Source: Verrucomicrobiota bacterium (lineage in GTDB: Bacteria; Verrucomicrobiota; Verrucomicrobiia; Opitutales; Cerasicoccaceae). From it: 64,000 bases of DNA. The notes under the pieces are model-generated. The model was not told where the DNA came from. It ran no database searches and saw only the letters and a program-made list of their open reading frames with translations. The stretch is from NCBI GenBank assembly GCA_039818205.1, contig JBCBUK010000005.1, positions 32,001-96,000 of the forward strand, read 5' to 3'. Made by a program: the position numbers and the translations under genes. Below are positions 32,484 through 43,026 of this stretch, piece by piece (positions within the stretch are counted from its first letter, which is position 1; each line of letters begins with the position of its first letter).

Positions 32484-32616
32484 GGGAATGGTTTCAATGG
32501 CGAGGAGCAAGGCACTCTTCCGATGGGACTACAAAAACAATCCGTTCAAGCGCTTTCAGAACAAGCTCGATTCGGTCTATTCGGCATATTCGGCGGCTGG
32601 GATTGTTTCACGAAAT

Positions 32617-35600
32617 CTATTGCTGAGTTTTCCGATAGGCTTGATAGAGCGAGTCTTTCAGGTCCTGCAAAACTAATGGCTTGGAAAGGTAATCATCAGT
32701 CCCCGCATCGAGGCATTTTTTCCGGTCCCCCGGCAATGCATTCGCAGTGACCGCGATAATGTGGGTTCCACAATGATCTTCCCCATACTCACCCATGCGG
32801 ATGCCGTCGGTGATCTCTAGCCCACCCTTTCCGGGCAGCTGAATATCCATCAATATGCAATCGTACGGCACATTGTTCTTGAGATGCTCGATGACGCCAT
32901 CCTCGTTCTCTGCAATGTCACAGGCATAGCCGATACTGGAGAGAACATCTTTGGCGAGTTGCTGGTTCACAGGATCATCCTCAACCAGCAGGATGCGGAG
33001 TGGAGCCGAATCGGCCAGCGATTGATGGGTAAGGTCCTCGCTCGGCGCCGTATTGCCCTGAACGGTTGGCGCGCGGTTCAAAAAGACATGGAATGAAAAC
33101 ACAGATCCCGCGCCCTCCTCACTTTGAACTGCGATATCGCCTCCCATGCGCTCTACCAGGCGCTTACTGATGACCAAGCCCAAACCAGTCCCCCCGAAGC
33201 GGCGGGTGGTCGATGAGTCTGCTTGAGTGAAGGGTTGGAAAAGGCGATGCAGCTGGGCCGGAGCGATCCCGACTCCAGTATCCTTGACGGCGACATTGAT
33301 GCGGCATCGACCAACCTCCGGCGTGTTCGAGATCGTCAGGCTGACTTCGACGGAACCTTTCGAAGTGAATTTGACCGCGTTGTTCACCAGGTTCAGTAAC
33401 ACCTGACGCAAACGGTGTGAGTCACCAATAAAGCTTCCGGCCGGCTCGCCCGACAAATTGTATTTGATCTCAATCCCCTTTTGCTTGGCCTTAACAAGGA
33501 TCAGCTCCAGGGCCTCCATCACGCAGTTTTCCAGATTGAATACTTGATACTCCAACTCGACTCCGCGCGATTCAATTTTAGAATAGTCGAGGATGTTGTT
33601 GATCAGCTCGAGCAGCGATTTACCGCTTCGGTTAACGATCCCCAACCATTCCTTCTGCTGGTCGTTCATCGGGGTCTGAGCCAACAGGTCCGTATAGCCC
33701 AGCACCGCGTTCATCGGCGTCCGGATTTCATGGCTCATCATTGCCAGGAACTCGCCCTTGGCCTGGTTGGCACGGTCTGCCGCAACTTTGGCCTGGCGAA
33801 GCTTGTCCTCACCTTTGCGGCTTTGGATAAAGCTACCGATGCTACCCGCGGCGACCCGAAGCGAGGCGATCTCACTTTCTTCCCATAATCGAGCGCGCTG
33901 ATCGCAGAGCTCAAGGGCCCCCCAGAACTTGCCCTGTACAAAAATGGGTGCGAGCAAGATGGATTGAATGCTCCGGCGCTCCAGCAGGGTTTTTACCGTC
34001 TCCTCGCACTTGTCGATCGAGCGGTGGACAATTTCGCCAGCCTCCAGGCGCTCCGTCCAATCATCGTGCAATTCACGCCAGTTCAAACTGGGCTCTTCGG
34101 CCTCCTGGGAAAGTTTGGCAAAGGGAGCATTGGTCCACTTCCATGGTGGCGGAGATTTTTTGGCAACCTCGGTCACATCTGAGGCACGAGCCACCAACCG
34201 AATGGATTCTACCTGGACGTAGCTCCCGATCGAATCGAGAGCCTGAGCAACGCCTTCATCCATCTCCTCGCTAGCCAAGAGAGCGGTCGTGGCCTGGGAG
34301 ACACCTTCGAGCACACGGTCTCGGACCTCAAGCGCAGCAAGCGCCTTCTTGCGCTCCGTCACTTCGTAGGCAACCCAAATGACCTGATCGCGATTCTCCA
34401 ATTCATCCAGCATGGGTGCTACCCGGCCCTCAAACCAGTATTCCTGATCTGCCAACAAGTGCATGTATTCCAGGCTCTGTGGTTCCCGCGTCTCGAGGGC
34501 GCGATCAATGGCCACCATAAAACTCTCGGCCAACTCCTGCGGCCACCGCTCCCAAACCGTTTGCCCGATCCAGTCGTTCACATCGCGATAGACATCACCG
34601 CTTTGAGACGCATAGGCCTCAATGTAGCGCCCTTCCCGGTTCATAATAAAGGCAACGTCGGGCAAAGCATCAATAAATGCCTGAAGGTGGCGCTCGTTCG
34701 CGGCCGCCTTCTCCTCGCGCCGCAAGACCTCGGTCATGATCGCCGCAAGAAAGAAGGTTGTTGCGCTCAAAACGCCCACAAACACCCAGATAAACTCGGG
34801 ACGAGTGGAAATGTATTTTTGTTCGGGGCCGAGGACCTGAAGGATCTCCCAAATCGCCATGATCGAGACAATAACGACCCCGACCGTTGCACCCCGCTGA
34901 CCAAAGCGAATCGCTGCCCAGCAAAGAATCGGAAACATCGCCAATTCCAACGGGTACCTCAGCGTATCCGTCGGTGCCCAGTTTCCGAAGACCACGACGC
35001 AAACAAACATGAGGACGACCAGCCAGATCGCGACCTCAAATATCTGCCGGTTGCTCCAGTTGATTTTGGTGCGAGCGGTCCAAACCATCGCAAACGGCGC
35101 TAACACCAATATGCCAACCGCTTCAGCTAGCCACCAAGGCGTAAACAGACGGCTGAACTCTGACCAGGGGATTGATTCGTCTACCAGGCACAAGGAGGTG
35201 GTTGTTAGAGCCGCCACGACCAATCCACACGCCAATGGGCCAAGTGCCAAAAAGACAAAAACGTCTTTGATCGCCTCTAGTGCATGCCGCCGATCCAAGA
35301 TGTTGCGCATGGCGAAAGTTGCCAAACCAACGGAAGCCACAACGGATAAGGCTCTCAGAAACGCATAGAGCCATCCATACTGCTGGGCAAATCCGGTCCA
35401 GAGCAAAGCCGCAATGCCGAAGGTGATCAAGTAGCCATAGCCTCCTCGAACGGCAATGGCTAAGACAAACCCAGTTGCTGGCCAAAGCAGGAAGACGCTG
35501 TCATTGAGGTCTCGGATCGGCATAAACGACCCGAGTTCCATTAGGAGCAAGTAGATGAATACTGCGAGAATGTGACGAAGAAGTGTGATCCACCAATTCG

Positions 35601-35664
35601 TTTGCGTTGGAGACTCATCCAGAGTGCGATCCGCCTCTCTCAAAGTAGCGCCTGCGGTATCCAT
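32617..35664 (-). CDS. Hybrid sensor histidine kinase (MASE1-PAS-GAF-HisKA-HATPase-REC)
   Basis: WPATG (MASE1), FLAMMSHEIRTPMNA, NLVNNAVKFT, DTGVGI, GGTGLGL, LLVEDD, LMDIQLP, SKP. Confidence 0.93.
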   Translation of the reverse strand: MDTAGATLREADRTLDESPTQTNWWITLLRHILAVFIYLLLMELGSFMPIRDLNDSVFLLWPATGFVLAIAVRGGYGYLITFGIAALLWTGFAQQYGWLYAFLRALSVVASVGLATFAMRNILDRRHALEAIKDVFVFLALGPLACGLVVAALTTTSLCLVDESIPWSEFSRLFTPWWLAEAVGILVLAPFAMVWTARTKINWSNRQIFEVAIWLVVLMFVCVVVFGNWAPTDTLRYPLELAMFPILCWAAIRFGQRGATVGVVIVSIMAIWEILQVLGPEQKYISTRPEFIWVFVGVLSATTFFLAAIMTEVLRREEKAAANERHLQAFIDALPDVAFIMNREGRYIEAYASQSGDVYRDVNDWIGQTVWERWPQELAESFMVAIDRALETREPQSLEYMHLLADQEYWFEGRVAPMLDELENRDQVIWVAYEVTERKKALAALEVRDRVLEGVSQATTALLASEEMDEGVAQALDSIGSYVQVESIRLVARASDVTEVAKKSPPPWKWTNAPFAKLSQEAEEPSLNWRELHDDWTERLEAGEIVHRSIDKCEETVKTLLERRSIQSILLAPIFVQGKFWGALELCDQRARLWEESEIASLRVAAGSIGSFIQSRKGEDKLRQAKVAADRANQAKGEFLAMMSHEIRTPMNAVLGYTDLLAQTPMNDQQKEWLGIVNRSGKSLLELINNILDYSKIESRGVELEYQVFNLENCVMEALELILVKAKQKGIEIKYNLSGEPAGSFIGDSHRLRQVLLNLVNNAVKFTSKGSVEVSLTISNTPEVGRCRINVAVKDTGVGIAPAQLHRLFQPFTQADSSTTRRFGGTGLGLVISKRLVERMGGDIAVQSEEGAGSVFSFHVFLNRAPTVQGNTAPSEDLTHQSLADSAPLRILLVEDDPVNQQLAKDVLSSIGYACDIAENEDGVIEHLKNNVPYDCILMDIQLPGKGGLEITDGIRMGEYGEDHCGTHIIAVTANALPGDRKKCLDAGTDDYLSKPLVLQDLKDSLYQAYRKTQQ

Positions 35665-35851
35665 ATTGGGCAGCATTGGAGCCTAGAAAAAAAATACAAG
35701 CCTGTGCTCCTTAGTATAATTGATTGTTTTCGACCTCGATATTCGATTCTGAAAAGCATTGAAGCACATCATTTTCGACACCTCAACCCTGAACGATAAT
35801 GGGATTACGGCTTGCCCCAAAGCAAAAGAATTACTGAAATACGCCACTCAA

Positions 35852-36163
35852 ATGCCAATATACGTATACCAGGTAATTCAGCCCGATGGCGGCGAAGGGG
35901 ATACCTTCGAGGTGGAACAGTCGATGAGCGATGATGCCTTAACGCATCACCCGCGAACTGGCGAACCCGTCCGTCGAGTTTATCAGCCCCCAAACCTCGC
36001 CACCCAATACACCCCGGGCGCGACTAAGAGCAAACTTGAGAATAAAAACGTCGAGAAAGCCGGGTTCACCAAATATGAACGGGATAAACTGACCGGACAA
36101 TACCACCGAACCGCTGGAAAAGACCGCAAAGCCCCCGACGTGATCGATCCCAAAAACCTCTAG
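35852..36163 (+). CDS. FmdB-family 'zinc ribbon' protein lacking cysteines
   Basis: MPIYVYQ...FEVEQSMSDDALTHHPRTGEPVRRV; ATG at 35852. Confidence 0.8.
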   Translation: MPIYVYQVIQPDGGEGDTFEVEQSMSDDALTHHPRTGEPVRRVYQPPNLATQYTPGATKSKLENKNVEKAGFTKYERDKLTGQYHRTAGKDRKAPDVIDPKNL

Positions 36164-36183
36164 CTTCCCAATAGACCGCTACC

Positions 36184-39100
36184 ATGAGTGAAGACATGCC
36201 ACCCGTGCCCAATGCACCATTGCCCAATGCGCCTGTTCCAGGGCGTGCCTACGAGGTATTGACCCCGGGAGAAAAGTTTGGAGACCATCAGGTATTACGG
36301 TGCGTTTCCTACGACCTGCTGGGCAGTCTCTATCGGGTGCGCCGGCCTCGCTCCAAAGAGGAAAAAACGGTCTTCGTGATGCCGCCTGTCATCCAGGCGA
36401 CCGAGGAGTTTCAAGAGCGGTTCAAACAACAAGCGCCGAAACTATGTGACCTCAAACATGACAACGTCTTTTCATTCGACAATCCCGACTTAATCAAGGA
36501 CCGCTTTACGTTTTATGGCGGTCCATTCGAAGGCGAGAATCTCGCTGACTATCTTCAAGCATACGTTAACAAGGAATTTACCGAGCGGGCGAAGGAGGAC
36601 GAGGAACTCAAAGAACTCGTTTCCGACATGCCTATGGGCCTTCCCCCCGAGGAAGTTCGCCCGATCTTGACCCAGATCCTCGACGGACTGGAATACCTCT
36701 CCAAGAACCGGATCCTTCACCTCAACTTGAATCCGACTAACATCCTTTGCACTAAGGATGGTAAAATCAAGATCGCCGGGTTCGGCTTGATGTCCCTAAT
36801 CGGCCAGCAATCCTTCGAGGAGATTGTTTCGGCCGGGATTCCGCCGATAGCCCTGGGCGGCCGGGCTATTCGTATCAACACGGTGGATATTCTTTCGCCT
36901 GAGGCCCGCCAAGGAAAGCCATCCGATGCGCGGTCCGACGTCTATGCCCTCGGAATCACCGCCTATTGGCTGCTTACTGGGCGCAAGCCCACGGCTGACT
37001 ACGTCGCCCCAAGTAAGATCGTTGAAGATCTAGACGAGAAGTGGGATCTGTTCATCGCCAACTGCTTGGACCGCGAACCTGAGAAGCGCTACCAGAACGT
37101 TTCTAAGGCCAAAGAAGACTTCAATGACTTCTCCCACATTAAGCTACTGCGCAATCGCCAGAGCTCAGATGTCATCGGGACCACTGACACCAGCACAATT
37201 TTTCGCCACCTGGATTTCATCCCGGTTCCCAAGAAGATTCAAGAGCGCGGAAAAAACACGGCCCGTGCATTCCGCTTGGCGATCGTCGGTGCTGTCGGCT
37301 TGGTCGCCGCATACCTGATCTTCTCCTTGCTCAATCTGATGCTTGGGGATGAGGACTACGGGGGACGCGTTGCAATAAAAACGCCTGCAGGCAAAGAACC
37401 AAAGCTCACGTTCAACATCGAGCCAGATAAAGCCAGTATCAGAATTTCTTCCACGGACTCCAATTTCATTGTTCGCAATGGTAAGCTCGACCTGAATATT
37501 TTGCCCGGCTCGTACCGCTTCGTCTTTTCGTCGCCAGGCTTCCAGAAGGCCTCGCGATTGCTCCAGATTGAACGTGAACCACAAGTAATCAATATTCGCC
37601 TGAAGCCCGATCTGGTCGACGCCGTCTTTACGAGTGATCCGGGCACCACGCTCAAAGCGATTGGTTCGGACGGAACCGAGACCGACCTCGGCACAACGAA
37701 TGCCGAAGGTGTCTTGTCCTTGGTGAAACTATTGACGGCTGGTGAATACGATATCGTCGCCAGCAAGGATGACTATCTCCCAACCACAACCGGCCCCTAT
37801 CAGTTGGTCGCCTCGGAGCCTAACCAATTTGAGATTCCGCTCGAAGCCGTCCTTGGTGTGTTGCGCGTGCGCTCAAATCCCAAAGGAGCCGAGATATTCT
37901 ACAAAGATGAAAGCGTTGGAACAACCAATGCGACAATCGAAGACCTGCCCGTTGAAGAAGAGTTTGTCGTGACTCTCAAAAAGGAAGGTTATCGCGATTC
38001 CACCCTCGCCGTTGTCGTTAAGTCTGACACTCGGACAATTCTCGATTTTGGTGATTTGACTCCGCTCTCCGGCGAGGTGATTCCCGTCATCAAGTTTGCT
38101 GGCCAAAACTCCACCGCCGAACAGTTGCAAGGGATCCAGGTTACGGGAACCAGTAAGAACCCAATTCTCGGTGAGCAGTCATTCTCGGCTTCCGGGAGCC
38201 AATTGGTTGACGGACAAATTTTGGTTCCAGGAATCAATGAGGGGACTGTGGAACTAACGGTTGACCACCCAAACTACAAAGAGCAAAGCCGCAGCTTCAC
38301 CCTCAATGACAAAGTTCGACTGAAGGTCGTCTATGATCTTCAAGCGCTCCCGGGCGTTATTACCCTTAGCCCGACACCTGCTGGCGCCGAATGGACCGTT
38401 ACAGTGAACGGTCGCGAGGTAGCCCCTAAGGACCTGAAGATTTCCCTGCCAGCTGGTCGGCGCTCTGAAATTGGTTTAAGCAACGTCAATTTCTTCCCTG
38501 AGACCAAGGTCTTTACTCTCACTGCCAACGAGCAGGTCGAATGGGCACCAGCCATGCGGCGAATTCCCGGGCCTGAGACCGGCAACGACTTCGAAGTGCC
38601 ATTCCTCGATATGCCGCTAAAATGGATTCCATCAGGCAGCTTTACGATGGGAAGTCCGCCAACAGAGCCCGCCCGCTTACCTGAAGAAGGCCCAGAGACC
38701 GAAATGACGATTAGCCAGGGATTTTGGATGGGCGCGCGCGAGGTCAGCCAGACGCAATACGAGGAAATCATCGGCGAGAATCCTTCCAAGCATCTCGGAG
38801 AAAACAAACCAGTTGACTACGTAACCTGGGAAGAGGCCATGGCCTATTGCGAGAAGCTCAACGAACGCGAGAAAGAAGCTGAACGCCTACCGAGTGGCTA
38901 TGAATATCGCCTCCCAACCGAGGCGGAATGGGAGTACGCCGCTCGCGCTGGTAGCCGCACACCATTTCACTGGGGCGACACAGCCGATGCTTCGCAAGGC
39001 AACTTCAAAGGCAAATATCCGCGCGATTTCACCAGCGGAAAAATCGATACACCCGACCACTATGGATCGCTTCCTGTCGGTGGCTTTAAGCCGAATGCTT

Positions 39101-39351
39101 GGGGCCTCTACGACATGCACGGCAATGTGCGTGAATGGTGTATGGACAGCTACAGCGACCGACTGCCTGGAGGTATCGAAACCGATTGGGTTCGCCTGAG
39201 TGGCTCGAGTCGCCACGTCGTGCGTGGCGGGGGCTGGGAAGATTTCGCGATTCATTCGCGGGCCGGCTCGCGCACCGAAGGTCTCGGAAAACGTTCCCGA
39301 ACCGCCAGCACTGGTTTTCGTATCGTCCTCGCTCCAGTTATCGACCGATAA
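36184..39351 (+). CDS. Membrane protein: Ser/Thr pseudokinase + TM + PEGA-like repeats + FGE-sulfatase (SUMF1) domain
   Basis: HLNLNPTNIL, IAGFG, LSPE, SDVYALG; LRVRSNPKGAEI; RLPTEAEWEYAARAG, PNAWGLYDMHGNVREWC, RGGGW, GFRIV. Confidence 0.9.
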   Translation: MSEDMPPVPNAPLPNAPVPGRAYEVLTPGEKFGDHQVLRCVSYDLLGSLYRVRRPRSKEEKTVFVMPPVIQATEEFQERFKQQAPKLCDLKHDNVFSFDNPDLIKDRFTFYGGPFEGENLADYLQAYVNKEFTERAKEDEELKELVSDMPMGLPPEEVRPILTQILDGLEYLSKNRILHLNLNPTNILCTKDGKIKIAGFGLMSLIGQQSFEEIVSAGIPPIALGGRAIRINTVDILSPEARQGKPSDARSDVYALGITAYWLLTGRKPTADYVAPSKIVEDLDEKWDLFIANCLDREPEKRYQNVSKAKEDFNDFSHIKLLRNRQSSDVIGTTDTSTIFRHLDFIPVPKKIQERGKNTARAFRLAIVGAVGLVAAYLIFSLLNLMLGDEDYGGRVAIKTPAGKEPKLTFNIEPDKASIRISSTDSNFIVRNGKLDLNILPGSYRFVFSSPGFQKASRLLQIEREPQVINIRLKPDLVDAVFTSDPGTTLKAIGSDGTETDLGTTNAEGVLSLVKLLTAGEYDIVASKDDYLPTTTGPYQLVASEPNQFEIPLEAVLGVLRVRSNPKGAEIFYKDESVGTTNATIEDLPVEEEFVVTLKKEGYRDSTLAVVVKSDTRTILDFGDLTPLSGEVIPVIKFAGQNSTAEQLQGIQVTGTSKNPILGEQSFSASGSQLVDGQILVPGINEGTVELTVDHPNYKEQSRSFTLNDKVRLKVVYDLQALPGVITLSPTPAGAEWTVTVNGREVAPKDLKISLPAGRRSEIGLSNVNFFPETKVFTLTANEQVEWAPAMRRIPGPETGNDFEVPFLDMPLKWIPSGSFTMGSPPTEPARLPEEGPETEMTISQGFWMGAREVSQTQYEEIIGENPSKHLGENKPVDYVTWEEAMAYCEKLNEREKEAERLPSGYEYRLPTEAEWEYAARAGSRTPFHWGDTADASQGNFKGKYPRDFTSGKIDTPDHYGSLPVGGFKPNAWGLYDMHGNVREWCMDSYSDRLPGGIETDWVRLSGSSRHVVRGGGWEDFAIHSRAGSRTEGLGKRSRTASTGFRIVLAPVIDR

Positions 39352-40957
39352 GCGAGCGCGCTGCTTGAATCATTGAGTCCGGCTTACTGCTCAGCAGCGA
39401 CGGGATGCGGACCGCGATGTAGCCATCAGGGCGGACCAAAACCGCGCCATCATTTTCAATGCCATAGGCTTCGCAAAAACCAGGTACAGCGACGGTATCA
39501 ACAACGACTAACTCGGTTGCCACGGGCCCAACGAGTGGCCAGTCCAAGTGTTCCAATACGGCATTCCAGGCCATGCCATCACGCCCAGTGAACAAGACAA
39601 ACCCTGGACCAATACAATCCAATGTTGAACGTGATTGGGCCTCATCCAGCCATACGTGAGGGGCTCGGCCACCAGGGCGACCACTCGGAGCATAGTCATT
39701 GATTGGGTCTTCGTATACCGGAGCACGGGTTCCGTCCAAAACGATGGCTCCAGTTTCATAAATCAAACCAAGATCCTGACCAAGATTTGTTCCCGCTCGA
39801 CGGCTGGAAGCGATATATTCCCGCGCCTTCTCCCACTCCCCAGACATTGCACTCTCAACAATTGCATAAACCTCGTGGAAATTTTCATTGCTGTTATTCG
39901 AGGTCAATCGAGCAACGGGCAACCGTTCAGCCTCATAGCTATCCAATAGATCATCTGCCGCCGCACCACGAATAACCGTAGCAAGCTTCCAGGCTAGATT
40001 ATGGGCGCTCTGGAGTCCGGTGTTCATTCCCAGGCCACCAGATGGCGACAATCGGGCAGCGGCATCGCCGACGAGAATGTGCCTTCCAATGCGCCATTGC
40101 AAGGCAATCTTCGGGCTCATCACCCAAGGTAGAACCGAGATGATTTCAACTGGAATATCCGGCATACCCGAGGCTTGTTTGATCAATTCGATCATGCGGG
40201 ATTCCGGGTAGTCCTCAACCGACTCCTCAGGCTCGAGATGGTGGTGCATCAACCAAAGGTCGTGTCCATTTACCGTGACAAAAAACTCGAAAAAGTCCTC
40301 TCCCAAAGACTGATGCAAGATGGCTTTTCGCTCGGCCAAAGCGGGACCGTAGTTTGCCCGACAATAGGTATTGATGTATTGCCCCATTTCACCGGGGCCC
40401 TCCGTGGCGATTCCGAGGTTCTCCCGAATGGTGCTCCGTGCTCCGTCGGCTCCGATCACATATTTTGCGCGGACGGAAAAAGACTCATCCGTCATACGAT
40501 CCCGCATGGTCACCTGGACCCCATCGCCATCCTCTTTCGAATGCTCGACCTCATGATAGTGCAAAATGGTTGATAGCTCTCCGGATTGAACCACCCGAGC
40601 AATGACCGCTTCCGTGTGCGGTTGGGGGCAATGAAACCGTTTGCAGGGGGAAACGGAATCCGGGGCGTGGACAATGGGCGTCTCTCCGAGGATTTCGCCA
40701 TTCAGCCCCTTGGACCAAATCGACAGAGCGTAATCTGGGCCACTGACATCCGCAGCAAGCATGCGCTCGTAAAGACCAAGCTGGCGAAAGATCTCGCCGG
40801 TTCGGCGACTAATCCCCATCGCCTTGGGATGAATGGAGATATCCGGGTGACGATCAACGACGAGGCTGGTTACCCCATATTGTGAGAGCAGCAATGAGCA
40901 TAGCAGTCCGCACGGTCCCCCGCCGACCACTACGACATCGTAGCTGCGCTCAGTCAT
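39338..40957 (-). CDS. FAD-dependent monooxygenase (phenol hydroxylase/PheA-TfdB type)
   Basis: VVGGGPCGL, GADGARSTIR, LVGDAAA..SPSGGLGMNTGLQSAHNLAWKL, PGGRAPHVWL, LVRPDGY. Confidence 0.9.
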   Translation of the reverse strand: MTERSYDVVVVGGGPCGLLCSLLLSQYGVTSLVVDRHPDISIHPKAMGISRRTGEIFRQLGLYERMLAADVSGPDYALSIWSKGLNGEILGETPIVHAPDSVSPCKRFHCPQPHTEAVIARVVQSGELSTILHYHEVEHSKEDGDGVQVTMRDRMTDESFSVRAKYVIGADGARSTIRENLGIATEGPGEMGQYINTYCRANYGPALAERKAILHQSLGEDFFEFFVTVNGHDLWLMHHHLEPEESVEDYPESRMIELIKQASGMPDIPVEIISVLPWVMSPKIALQWRIGRHILVGDAAARLSPSGGLGMNTGLQSAHNLAWKLATVIRGAAADDLLDSYEAERLPVARLTSNNSNENFHEVYAIVESAMSGEWEKAREYIASSRRAGTNLGQDLGLIYETGAIVLDGTRAPVYEDPINDYAPSGRPGGRAPHVWLDEAQSRSTLDCIGPGFVLFTGRDGMAWNAVLEHLDWPLVGPVATELVVVDTVAVPGFCEAYGIENDGAVLVRPDGYIAVRIPSLLSSKPDSMIQAARSLIGR

Positions 40958-41894
40958 TGCTGAGATCCTCCAGCACCTCATTCAAGACATATCGAGGACG
41001 TTGCTGGACACATTGATAAGCCCGGCCAACGTATTCGCCAATCAAGCCAATTCCAACCATGCAAACGCTTACCAGGAAGAACAGTATTCCAAAGAGCGTA
41101 AACACTCCCTCAACTTCCGGCCCTACAAACAAGCGGCGTAGCGCCAGAACAATTACGAGCGCCAAAGAACCGCCTGCGCAAAGGAGCGCAAATAGAGTAA
41201 AGAGCTGAAGTGGAACCAGGGTGAAGCCCGTGACCAAATCAAAGTTTAAGCGTATGAGCTTATAATAGCTGTACTTCGATTCTCCAGCAGCACGTTCGGC
41301 GTGTTCCACCTCAACCTCGCCTGGCTTGGAAGCAAATTTGTAAGCGAGAGCAGGAATGAAGGTTGCCCGCTCTCCGCTGCGAGCAATGGCATCGACAACC
41401 CGACGACTGTAGGCCCGCAGCATGCAGCCCTGATCCGTCATTTGAATATCGGTAGTATATTCGCGAACGAAATTGATCAGCTTGGAAGCCCAACGCCGGC
41501 CGGCGCTATCCTGTCGGTTCTGGCGCATCCCGCCCACCGCATCATAGCCTTGCTCAAACATCGCGAGCAGCTTCGGAATCTCCTCCGGTGGGTTTTGCAA
41601 ATCGGCATCCAAGGTCACAACAACGTCTCCCCGCACCCGCTCAAAGGCTGCCATAATGGCCATATGTTGGCCATAATTTCCATTGAAATCGATGACCCGG
41701 ACCTGCCTGGGGCGAGCCTCGTGAAACTGGCGGAGTAATTCAGCTGATCGGTCCACCGAACCATCATTCGTAAAGACAACTTCCCACGGCTTCTCCGTCG
41801 AGTCCATGGTCTTACTCAAGCGTTCGAACAAGGCCTCCAGATTGGCCTCTTCGTTATAAACAGGGATGACTACCGAGCAATATATGTTCGCCAT
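40950..41894 (-). CDS. arnC: GT2 undecaprenyl-phosphate glycosyltransferase, ArnC-like
   Basis: VIPVYNEE, NYGQHMAIMA, TLDADLQNPPEEIP, GCMLRAY, GESKYS, GLIGEYVGR. Confidence 0.8.
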   Translation of the reverse strand: MANIYCSVVIPVYNEEANLEALFERLSKTMDSTEKPWEVVFTNDGSVDRSAELLRQFHEARPRQVRVIDFNGNYGQHMAIMAAFERVRGDVVVTLDADLQNPPEEIPKLLAMFEQGYDAVGGMRQNRQDSAGRRWASKLINFVREYTTDIQMTDQGCMLRAYSRRVVDAIARSGERATFIPALAYKFASKPGEVEVEHAERAAGESKYSYYKLIRLNFDLVTGFTLVPLQLFTLFALLCAGGSLALVIVLALRRLFVGPEVEGVFTLFGILFFLVSVCMVGIGLIGEYVGRAYQCVQQRPRYVLNEVLEDLSND

Positions 41895-42059
41895 AATGAA
41901 ACGAGCGTCGATTCAGACACAGGACCGCCTGGCTGGAAACCGAAAAATCCATAAATGTATCCACCCGATTCCGGAACCGCTACCGCGATCACCGCGGAAC
42001 TTTTCACTCGAAACCAAGTCTAATAGACTGTATTACTGTTTTTCTAATTCTGAACGACC

Positions 42060-42839
42060 ATGTCGCGCTACCACTATATCCTAAAAATTGCCGTGCTCGC
42101 CTTCGCATTCACGAGCGTAAGCCCCTCTCTCTGGGCTACTTACCGAACCATAACCAACCAGGACGGAGTTTCGATCCAGGTTGAATTGATTGAATTGAAA
42201 GAGGTTGAAGGCAGTGACTATATCGTGTTCAAGCGCCGAAATATCGCCCAGCCCTACCAGATCTCGCTCGAAACACTGAGCGAAGATGACCAGAAATTTC
42301 TCCGAAATTGGTGGGAAGAAAAGCAACGACTCAAGGAGCTCCTATCCGCCGACATCGATCTAGAGATCGAGGTGAAGAATAACCGCAAGCGAAGCACGAG
42401 CCACAACGACTCCTATAGCCAGGATCGGGACTATTTCTACCGCCCAACAGTAACCATCACCAACGACGATTTCTACCGAACCTTCAAAGACAACACCGTT
42501 CGGATTGTTTACTTTGCCGAGCACACTCGCTATCGCGGTACCTTAGAAGTGGTTTCAGTCACCGAAAAGGATATCGATTTCCCCAAAAATTCTTCGGTAG
42601 TGGTCGAGGGCAATCGCTACTCCTTCAGCAACTACGAATCGGACTACAGCAACTACGAATATGGCTGGGAAGAAGCAGGATACATTATCATTATCAAGAA
42701 TTCGCAGAACGAAATCACCCACATCAAAAGCAGTATGCCCGCCTACGAACGCCGGTTGGATGTCGTCCTGAACTGCGATAAAGGCGAATACTACACCGCC
42801 GACCTATCGGAAGAACGCGAATCCTATTACCGGCGCTAG
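42060..42839 (+). CDS. Secreted hypothetical protein with SHD1-like N-terminal domain
   Basis: Signal peptide, then RTITNQDG...ISLETLSEDDQKFL. Confidence 0.75.
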   Translation: MSRYHYILKIAVLAFAFTSVSPSLWATYRTITNQDGVSIQVELIELKEVEGSDYIVFKRRNIAQPYQISLETLSEDDQKFLRNWWEEKQRLKELLSADIDLEIEVKNNRKRSTSHNDSYSQDRDYFYRPTVTITNDDFYRTFKDNTVRIVYFAEHTRYRGTLEVVSVTEKDIDFPKNSSVVVEGNRYSFSNYESDYSNYEYGWEEAGYIIIIKNSQNEITHIKSSMPAYERRLDVVLNCDKGEYYTADLSEERESYYRR

Positions 42840-42951
42840 CCAAAGGCAGCGGCCAATTCTCAAAGCGGACATGGGAATCCGCCATTCTTTCGTGCAAAAT
42901 ACCTTGTCAACTCCCCAAACGGTTGTCAATTTACCGAGTTTTTTCCGGCAT

Positions 42952-43026
42952 GCTCCTGTAGTTCAATGGATAGAACAACGGTTTCCGGTACCGTCGATCT
43001 GGGTTCGACTCCCGGCGGGAGTACCA
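42952..43026 (+). tRNA. tRNA-Arg (anticodon CCG)
   Basis: GCTCCTG TA GTTC-AATGGATA-GAAC A ACGGT-TTCCGGT-ACCGT CGAT CTGGG-TTCGACT-CCCGG CGGGAGT A CCA; full cloverleaf, anticodon 42985-42987. Confidence 0.97.

Noticed and set aside
38560..39351. FGE/C-lectin domain as a diversity-generating retroelement target
   Set aside because: No reverse transcriptase and no template repeat with adenine-specific mismatches seen in the window
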